Assembly: GCA_009886035.1 (NCBI GenBank)
Contig: VFJN01000099.1
Coordinates: forward strand, 19,544-83,543
Reading direction: 5' to 3'
From: Actinomycetota bacterium
GTDB taxonomy: Bacteria > Actinomycetota > Acidimicrobiia > Acidimicrobiales > VFJN01
Length of the DNA: 64,000 nucleotides
This document shows positions 57,911 through 64,000 of the stretch, in pieces (position 1 is the first letter of the stretch; each line of letters begins with the position of its first letter). The notes under the pieces were generated by a model. That model was not told the DNA's origin. It worked only from the letters and a program-made list of their open reading frames with translations, and searched no databases. The position numbers and the translations under genes are program-made.

Positions 57911-58816
57911 CTACTTCTCGTCGTAGCCGTACATGTTGGCGTTGGGACGGGCCTGGGCAACCAACTCCGACACCTTCGGTCCCAACTCGGCGATGTCGTC
58001 CGGCGGATTTTCCAGCGACGGACCTCGGTGCCAGCCTTCGCTGACGGAAATCATCTGGCCGGTCACATCAAACACCCGGCCGGTGACATGGGCGGCGGCG
58101 GGGCTCGCCAGCCAGCACACGATCGGGGCGATGTGAATCGGCGACATCTGCTCCTTCACCTCGTCGGAGGCGTTGCCCATGCCGAGTCCCTCGGTCATAC
58201 GCGTGAGGGCGGCGGGGGCGATGGCATTCACCGTCACCCCGTAGCGCCCAAGTTCCTTCGCCGCGATGATGGTGAAACTGGCAATACCGGCTTTGGCCGC
58301 GCCGTAGTTGGTTTGGCCCACATTGCCGTAGATGCCCGAAGGGGAGGACGTGTTGATGATGCGGGCGTCGTTGGTTTCGCCCGCCTTCGCTCGATTGCGC
58401 CAATAGGCCGCGGCATGCCGAGCGGGGGCGAACGTGCCCTTGAGGTGCACCTTGATAACCGCGTCCCACTCGGCCTCGCTCATGTTAGTGAGCATGCGAT
58501 CGCGCAGGATGCCGGCGTTGTTGATGAGCACGTCGAGCCCGCCGAAGGTTTCGATGGCCGAGTTCACCAGCCGCTCGGCTCCGTCCCAGTCGCTGATGTC
58601 ATCGCCGTTGGCGATCGCCTCGCCACCCATTGCGGTGATCTCCGCCACGACGTCGTGGGCCGGGCCCTGATCGTTACCCTCGCCGTCCATCGACCCACCG
58701 AGGTCATTGACCACCACCCGGGCACCGTGATGGGCCAGCAGCAGCGCATGTTCGCGGCCGATCCCCCGTCCCGCGCCGGTGATGATGGCGACCCGGCCCT
58801 CGCATAGTTTCGTCAT
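57911..58816 (-). CDS. SDR-family oxidoreductase (3-hydroxyacyl-CoA dehydrogenase-like, MFE-2 N-terminal type)
   Basis: An ATG at 58816 gives MTKLCEGRVAIITGAGRGIG (TGxxxGxG) and the NYGAAKAG (YxxxK) motif. Confidence 0.88.
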   Translation of the reverse strand: MTKLCEGRVAIITGAGRGIGREHALLLAHHGARVVVNDLGGSMDGEGNDQGPAHDVVAEITAMGGEAIANGDDISDWDGAERLVNSAIETFGGLDVLINNAGILRDRMLTNMSEAEWDAVIKVHLKGTFAPARHAAAYWRNRAKAGETNDARIINTSSPSGIYGNVGQTNYGAAKAGIASFTIIAAKELGRYGVTVNAIAPAALTRMTEGLGMGNASDEVKEQMSPIHIAPIVCWLASPAAAHVTGRVFDVTGQMISVSEGWHRGPSLENPPDDIAELGPKVSELVAQARPNANMYGYDEK

Positions 58817-58926
58817 CCCTGCCATCCCCCTGAAGTCTGTAGCCGTGACCGGCTTCCTTCGTTTAGCCCACCCTCGGGCGGGGGGCGAATCCCATGAGGG
58901 GGGGTCGGCGTGAAAGATTAGGGGGG

Positions 58927-60726
58927 ATGAACGATATCCCCCCCGAAACCGGCCTGGATACCGCGGTCGCCCCTGATCCACTCGGGGCTCCCGCCACCCC
59001 CAGCCACCTCATCGCGCCCGGCCCCGGCAAGTCCACCGGCACCAAGCGCCGGTGGATCCTGGCCGTCATCTCGGTTCCCATCGTTCTCCTCGTGGTGCTG
59101 ATCATCGGGTGGGCGGTAGATGCGAGTGCTCAGCAGGTACCTCGAAACACCAGCCTGGCCGGTGTGGCCATCGGCGGACTCGGAGAGGATGAGTTGGCGG
59201 GACGCGTCGCCGAGACCTCCGTCGGCTATGCCTCCACGCCGGTGGAGATAGTCGCAGGGGACTCGACCTACTCCACCACCGCGGCGGCGCTCGGCCTGAC
59301 CATCGACGAGGGCAAGACCACTGATGGTGCCCTGGACCCCAGCTACGACACGCCGTTGTTGCTTCGCCCATTCGTCTGGGCCACATCGTTCTGGGCCGAA
59401 CGCCAGGCCCCGTTGCACTTCCAGGTCAACACCGAACAGGTTGCCGCCACCCTGGTGGAGCTTCAGGGCGAGGACCGCGTCGAACCCACCGAGCCCTCCG
59501 TCGAACTCGTCGACGGAGCGTTCAAGGTCATCCCCGGGAAAGACGGGGAAGGGATCGATGGCGCTACCGCTGCCACTGCGTTATCGACGGCGGCTCAGGT
59601 GGCCAGCGACACCGGTGAGGCCACCATTAGCCTCACCGTGCGGCCAGGCCCCCTTCCGCCGTTGGGTTCTGACGAAGCCGCCGCCTCTGCCACCTCCACC
59701 GCCGAGGCGCTCACCGCCGAACCGATCGAGATCCGCGCCGGCAACATCAGCCGTACGATCGAGGGGGGCACGATGCGTTCTTGGGTCACCCTCACCAGCG
59801 CCGCCGATGGCACCGTGGCGATGGCGTTTGACCCCACCAAGGTTGCTGTCGATCTGCAGCAGGCCTTCAGGGACGTCGATGGCCACCCGGTCGATGCCTC
59901 TTTCACCCTCGGCGGCAATGGCCAGCCAGTGATCGTGGCTGACCAGCCGGGCACCATCTGCTGCGGGGAGGGTGCGAGTACCACCATCCTCGCCGCTCTC
60001 ACCAACAACACCCGAACAGTCGACCTCCAACTCGTGGACGGACCGGCCCTGTTCACGGTGGCCGATGCGAAGGCCTACGGCATTGTGCGGGCAGTGGGCG
60101 GCAACAACGCCTGGCGAGACGGCGCCCCGACCACCGCCGGGCCGGGCTTCACGACCTACCACGCCCCCACCGGCGCCCGGATTACCAACATCCACCGCAT
60201 CGCCGATCTCGTGCGGGGGGCGGTGATCGCGCCCGGCGCGAGTTTCTCCATCAACGACCACGTGGGGAAGCGCACCGCCGCCGATGGGTTCGTGGAAGCC
60301 GGCGCCATTAGTAACGGTGCCCATGTGAACGAGATCGGCGGCGGCATCTCACAGTTCGCCACCACCACCTTCAACGCCGCCTATTTCGCTGGCCTTCCCA
60401 TCACCACATCCCAAGCCCACTCGGAGTACTTCGACCGCTACCCACGCGGTCGGGAAGCCACCATGGGGTTCCCTAATCCGGATCTCGCGTTTACCAACGA
60501 CACGCCCTACGGGATCATGATCTGGACGTCTTATACCGGGACCAGCCTCACCGTTACGCTCTACTCCACGCCCTACGCCAATGGGGCCCAAACCAACATC
60601 GTGGAAGCACCCGCCGGCCTCTGCACCGCCGTCACAACCACGAGGACCATCACCTACCCCGATGGGCGCACCGCCGACGACAAGTTCCGCGCCCGCTATC
60701 GCCCTTCGGGGAGCACCACCTGCTGA
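58927..60726 (+). CDS. VanW-family protein with N-terminal membrane anchor
   Basis: TM helix ILAVISVPIVLLVVLIIGW. The C-terminal VanW pattern is GASFSINDHVG...GGGISQFATTTFNAAYFAGL...YPRGREAT. The start is ATG 58927 or ATG 58894. Confidence 0.85.
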   Translation: MNDIPPETGLDTAVAPDPLGAPATPSHLIAPGPGKSTGTKRRWILAVISVPIVLLVVLIIGWAVDASAQQVPRNTSLAGVAIGGLGEDELAGRVAETSVGYASTPVEIVAGDSTYSTTAAALGLTIDEGKTTDGALDPSYDTPLLLRPFVWATSFWAERQAPLHFQVNTEQVAATLVELQGEDRVEPTEPSVELVDGAFKVIPGKDGEGIDGATAATALSTAAQVASDTGEATISLTVRPGPLPPLGSDEAAASATSTAEALTAEPIEIRAGNISRTIEGGTMRSWVTLTSAADGTVAMAFDPTKVAVDLQQAFRDVDGHPVDASFTLGGNGQPVIVADQPGTICCGEGASTTILAALTNNTRTVDLQLVDGPALFTVADAKAYGIVRAVGGNNAWRDGAPTTAGPGFTTYHAPTGARITNIHRIADLVRGAVIAPGASFSINDHVGKRTAADGFVEAGAISNGAHVNEIGGGISQFATTTFNAAYFAGLPITTSQAHSEYFDRYPRGREATMGFPNPDLAFTNDTPYGIMIWTSYTGTSLTVTLYSTPYANGAQTNIVEAPAGLCTAVTTTRTITYPDGRTADDKFRARYRPSGSTTC

Positions 60727-60748
60727 TGACTCAACCCCTCCCGGGGGG

Positions 60749-61786
60749 CTACAGGTCCCCGATCCAGCCCTTGACCTGCTCGATCATCTTCACGGGGTCT
60801 TTGCCGATCGGCGTGATGTTGAGGACCGTGACGCCGCTCTCCTGGTAGGCGGCAAGTCGCTCTTTCACGTACCCCTCACTGCCGCACAGCGAGGTGGCCT
60901 CCAGCAACTCATCGGGCACCATCTGGGCGGCTTCGTCCTTCTTCCCCTGCAGATACAGGTCCTGGATGGCTTCTGCTTCGGCCTCAAATCCGTAACGACG
61001 GATGAGGTCGTTGTAGAAGTTCTTCCCCTTCGCTCCCATACCGCCCACGTAGAGCGCCACCATCGGCCGGGAGTATTCGCGCACGGCCTCGGCACCCTCA
61101 CCCACCGCCAGCAGGCCCCCCGCCACGACGTCCATCGGGGCGCGGTCGGAGTCGCGTTTGGCGGCTCCGGCGGCCAGATCCGCCCCCCACACATCCTGAG
61201 CTTTTTCGGGGAGGTAAAACAACGGAAGCCAGCCGTCGGCCTTCTCGGCGGTCATCTCCACATTCTTGGGTCCGAGTGACGCCACGTAAATCGGGATCTC
61301 GGAGCGCACGGGATGGTTGATGAGCTTGAGGGGCTTGCCGAGGCCACTTCCCTTCCCCGCCGAAACAGGAATCTGGTAGCTCACCCCGGAGTGCTCTACC
61401 TTCTCCCGGCGCCACACCTGGCGACACACGTCGATGATCTCCCGAGTGCGCCCAAGGGGCCGGTCGTAGACAACGCCGTGGAATCCTTCGATGACCTGCG
61501 GACCCGACGCCCCGAGGCCAAGGATGCACCGGCCATCGGAGAGAGCGTCGATACCGGCGGCGGTCATCGCGATCAGGGTGGGGGTGCGGGTGTAGATGGG
61601 CAAAATGCCGGCGGCGATCTCCACCGTGGAGGTCTTCGCCGCCAAGTACCCCATGCTGCTGACAGCATCGAAGCTGTAGGCCTCGGCCACCCACACCATG
61701 TCGAGGCCGGCCTTTTCCATTTCCACTACCTGGTCCGTGCCTTGCTTGAATCCACCGGCATAATTCAGCGACGTAGAGAGCTTCAT
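60749..61786 (-). CDS. LLM-class F420-dependent oxidoreductase
   Basis: 345 aa with MVWVAEAYSFDA and GRCILGLGASGPQVIEGFHG, the luciferase-like monooxygenase pattern. Confidence 0.85.
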   Translation of the reverse strand: MKLSTSLNYAGGFKQGTDQVVEMEKAGLDMVWVAEAYSFDAVSSMGYLAAKTSTVEIAAGILPIYTRTPTLIAMTAAGIDALSDGRCILGLGASGPQVIEGFHGVVYDRPLGRTREIIDVCRQVWRREKVEHSGVSYQIPVSAGKGSGLGKPLKLINHPVRSEIPIYVASLGPKNVEMTAEKADGWLPLFYLPEKAQDVWGADLAAGAAKRDSDRAPMDVVAGGLLAVGEGAEAVREYSRPMVALYVGGMGAKGKNFYNDLIRRYGFEAEAEAIQDLYLQGKKDEAAQMVPDELLEATSLCGSEGYVKERLAAYQESGVTVLNITPIGKDPVKMIEQVKGWIGDL

Positions 61787-61815
61787 GACATTCCCCTTTG
61801 TGGTGGTCGATTGAT

Positions 61816-62184
61816 TCAGCTGCCGCCGTGGCGGAGCCGGGCCTTGGCAGACCGCTCGAGCAGATGACTCGGAACTCCAAACGGGTTGGTATCGCCGGCG
61901 CTGTCCTGGGCCTCTCCGGCGGTGGCACCCGTGTCCGTCGCCTGAACGGCTTCTTCTTCAACACGCTCTTCTATCGGGATGAACCCCGGGGTGGCCACGA
62001 TGTGGCGGCCGTCGAGTAGGCCCATCTCCACCCCGTTATCGAACAGCACTCGGTACCGGACCCAGGTAACCCCCGACACCACCAGCACCTTGCCGGGCTC
62101 GCCCACGGGCACCCCGGGAAGGTCAGCCCAAGCCCGCACCTTTTCGTGGCGCTTCAGGTCCACCGGAACGAGCACCGAGTTCAT
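61816..62184 (-). CDS. hypothetical protein
   Basis: ORF 61816..62205 with an internal ATG at 62184. GC3-biased, no recognisable motif, acidic C-terminal half. Confidence 0.4.
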   Translation of the reverse strand: MNSVLVPVDLKRHEKVRAWADLPGVPVGEPGKVLVVSGVTWVRYRVLFDNGVEMGLLDGRHIVATPGFIPIEERVEEEAVQATDTGATAGEAQDSAGDTNPFGVPSHLLERSAKARLRHGGS

Positions 62185-62256
62185 AACCCACAGCCTGACA
62201 CGCACCGGGAACCGCGCCCCAAACCAACGGGCAAGAGTGGCGGCGGGCCCCCCATC

Positions 62257-63411
62257 TCAGTGTCGCGACTCGGACCAGGTCTGGCCCTGCTCCACATCGG
62301 CATCGTGGGGCAGGCCCAGGACCCGTTCGGCCACGATATTGCGCTGCACCTCGCCGGTTCCGCCGCCCACGGTAAGGGCCGGCGAAAAGAGAAATCCGTA
62401 GTGCCACAGTTCCGCTTCGGCGCCTTGCGGGCCGCGATCGGAGAGCATCCCCCCCGGCCCCGCTAGGTCTTTGGCGAGGCCCATGATCGCCTGGCCGTGC
62501 TCGTCGGCCATGATCTTGCGCACCGAGGCCTCGGCCCCCGGCGGCTGCCCGTTGATACGGGCCGTCACCGTGCGCAGTCGGATGAGCCGGAGCAATTCGT
62601 GTTCGATGTGCAGCGCCGCGAGGCGTTGGCGTAGCACCACATCGGTGGTGCCACCGGCGGCCCGCACCACGTCGATGAGGTCCTGTGCGTTAGGCCCCAT
62701 CCCCCACAGCGCCCCTCCCGAGGACAAAGACACGCGCTCGTTCCCGAGCGTTACCTTGGCCAGGCCCCAGCCGCGGTTCACCTCGCCCACCAGATTCGCG
62801 GCGGGAAGGCGCACCTCGTTGAGGAACACCTCATTGAACATGTGGGCCCCGGTCATCTCGATGATCGGGCGAATCTCTACCCCGGGGGCGTCCATCGGAC
62901 AGATGAAATAAGAGATTCCCTCGTGTTTGGGAGCGTCGGGATCCGTGCGGGCAATAAGGATGCCGAACGCAGAAAACTGGGCTAGCGATGTCCAGATCTT
63001 CTGGCCGGTCACCACCCACTCATCCCCATCGCGCACCGCCCGGGTAGACAACGAGGCCAGGTCAGACCCCGAGCCGGGTTCGCTGAAGAGTTGGCACCAG
63101 ATCTCCTCGGCGGCCAACAACGGAAACAGGTAGCGGTCCTGTTGAGCCGGGGTGCCGCCGTGTAACAGGGTGGGTCCGGCCCATCCGATGCCAATGGTGT
63201 TGGACGGTCGCTGAACGCCCGCAGCCGCCAACTCCTCGTCGATCACGATCTGGTGGATCGGATCGGCATCGAGACCCCACGGCTTCGGCCAGTGGGGCGC
63301 CACGTAGCCCGCCTCGGCCAACTGTCGGGCACTGGGTTGGCGGTGAGCAGCGAGCCACGCCCGCACCTCGAGGCGGCGGGGGTCGCTCGCGGCGGGGAGT
63401 TCGAAATCCAC
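62257..63411 (-). CDS. acyl-CoA dehydrogenase
   Basis: 384 aa with the ACAD layout and C-terminal GGTGEVQRNIVAERVLGLP. Confidence 0.9.
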   Translation of the reverse strand: MDFELPAASDPRRLEVRAWLAAHRQPSARQLAEAGYVAPHWPKPWGLDADPIHQIVIDEELAAAGVQRPSNTIGIGWAGPTLLHGGTPAQQDRYLFPLLAAEEIWCQLFSEPGSGSDLASLSTRAVRDGDEWVVTGQKIWTSLAQFSAFGILIARTDPDAPKHEGISYFICPMDAPGVEIRPIIEMTGAHMFNEVFLNEVRLPAANLVGEVNRGWGLAKVTLGNERVSLSSGGALWGMGPNAQDLIDVVRAAGGTTDVVLRQRLAALHIEHELLRLIRLRTVTARINGQPPGAEASVRKIMADEHGQAIMGLAKDLAGPGGMLSDRGPQGAEAELWHYGFLFSPALTVGGGTGEVQRNIVAERVLGLPHDADVEQGQTWSESRH

Positions 63412-63501
63412 GGACGCAACCTATCCGCGCCCTCGGCGGGACCGTCAAGAACGACGATCACGGTAGGGTGCGCACCCGTTAGCGCTGATTGAGGGGGATA
63501 T

Positions 63502-64000
63502 ATGCCGGGTTGGAACTTTGCCGATGTCTGGGAAACCGTGGCCCACCAGGTGCCCGACGCGCCGGCCCAGGTGCATGGCGACCGCCGGATTACCTGGGCC
63601 GAGTTCGACCGACGAGCGAACGGCGTGGCCCGCGCCCTGCTGGATGCGGGCGTCGAGGAACAGGACAAGGTTGCCCAATACCTCTACAACGGAGTCGAGT
63701 ACCTCGAATCCATGTTCGGTGCCTTCAAAGCAGGCCTCGCCCCCATCAACACCAACTATCGCTATCTCGACGACGAACTTGTCTACCTATGGGACAACGG
63801 CGACGTGGTGGCGGTGGTATTCCACGGCAGTTTCGCCGAGCGCATCGAGGGCATCCGCACCCGGGTGCCGATGGTACGGCTGTGGCTCTGGGTAGACGAC
63901 GGTGCCGGTGGCTGTCCGGCGTGGGCCACGCCCTACGAAACCGCCGCCGAAGCCGGCACCTCCGAAGCGGTGGAGGGGCCGTGGGGACGCAACGGCGACC
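63502..64000 (+). CDS. AMP-dependent acyl-CoA synthetase/ligase, N-terminal fragment (continues past window end)
   Basis: Hand translation from ATG 63502 (GAGGGGG upstream) gives MPGWNFADVWETVAHQVPDAPAQVHGDRRITWAEFDRRANGVARALLDAGV...YLYNGVEYLESMFGAFKAGLAPINTNYRY, open to the window end. The track ORF 63518..63895 is a different, spurious frame. Confidence 0.8.
   Translation, partial: MPGWNFADVWETVAHQVPDAPAQVHGDRRITWAEFDRRANGVARALLDAGVEEQDKVAQYLYNGVEYLESMFGAFKAGLAPINTNYRYLDDELVYLWDNGDVVAVVFHGSFAERIEGIRTRVPMVRLWLWVDDGAGGCPAWATPYETAAEAGTSEAVEGPWGRNGD

Noticed and set aside
63518-63895. Track ORF 63518..63895 (+), 125 aa.
   Set aside because: Wrong frame. The frame starting at ATG 63502 translates into a clear AMP-dependent synthetase N-terminus and stays open to the window end.

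Overview
High-GC (about two-thirds G+C by eye) actinobacterial-type chromosomal core region. It is very densely packed: about 65 protein genes, intergenic gaps mostly under 100 nt, and many 1-4 nt start/stop overlaps. The first ~15.8 kb is one long minus-strand block of conserved translation, secretion and division genes: rplS-trmD-rimM-KH-rpsP-ffh ... ftsY-smc-fpg-rnc-acpP-plsX-rpmF-yceD-SepIVA-like-coaD-rsmD. The rest is housekeeping and central or lipid metabolism: recG, yloV, rpmB, GTP-PEPCK, a UvrD-type helicase with HRDC, xthA, Kgd-type 2-oxoglutarate dehydrogenase, ettA, cysDNC, nucS, ubiB, F420/LLM oxidoreductases, acyl-CoA enzymes, a GGDEF-EAL protein and VanW. This gene content (Kgd fusion, NucS, GTP-PEPCK, LLM enzymes, SepIVA-like protein) fits Actinomycetota, possibly an Acidimicrobiia-like lineage; that placement is inference only. 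I saw no rRNA, tRNA, CRISPR array, transposase, integrase, prophage or recognisable defence genes, and no clear-cut novel multi-gene system. The most unusual single locus is a 449-aa protein (38806..40155) that combines an NYN/Zc3h12a-like RNase domain, an S1-like domain and a long histone-H1-like RKAPA/KKKAVA repeat tail built from tandem DNA repeats. Other points worth a second look: (1) a syntenic Fpg whose hallmark catalytic residues, including the N-terminal Pro, are substituted; (2) a PAPS-forming cysDNC module bracketed by two old inverted CysQ paralogues, with no cysH in the window; (3) a small Sm-like ORF upstream of ettA; (4) a lineage-specific Cys/Pro-rich membrane protein in the ffh-ftsY slot; (5) a secreted FN3-FN3-LysM protein with a structured leader; (6) several strong hairpins, palindromes and G/C-run motifs. 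All domain calls come from reading motifs by eye. No database search was run.
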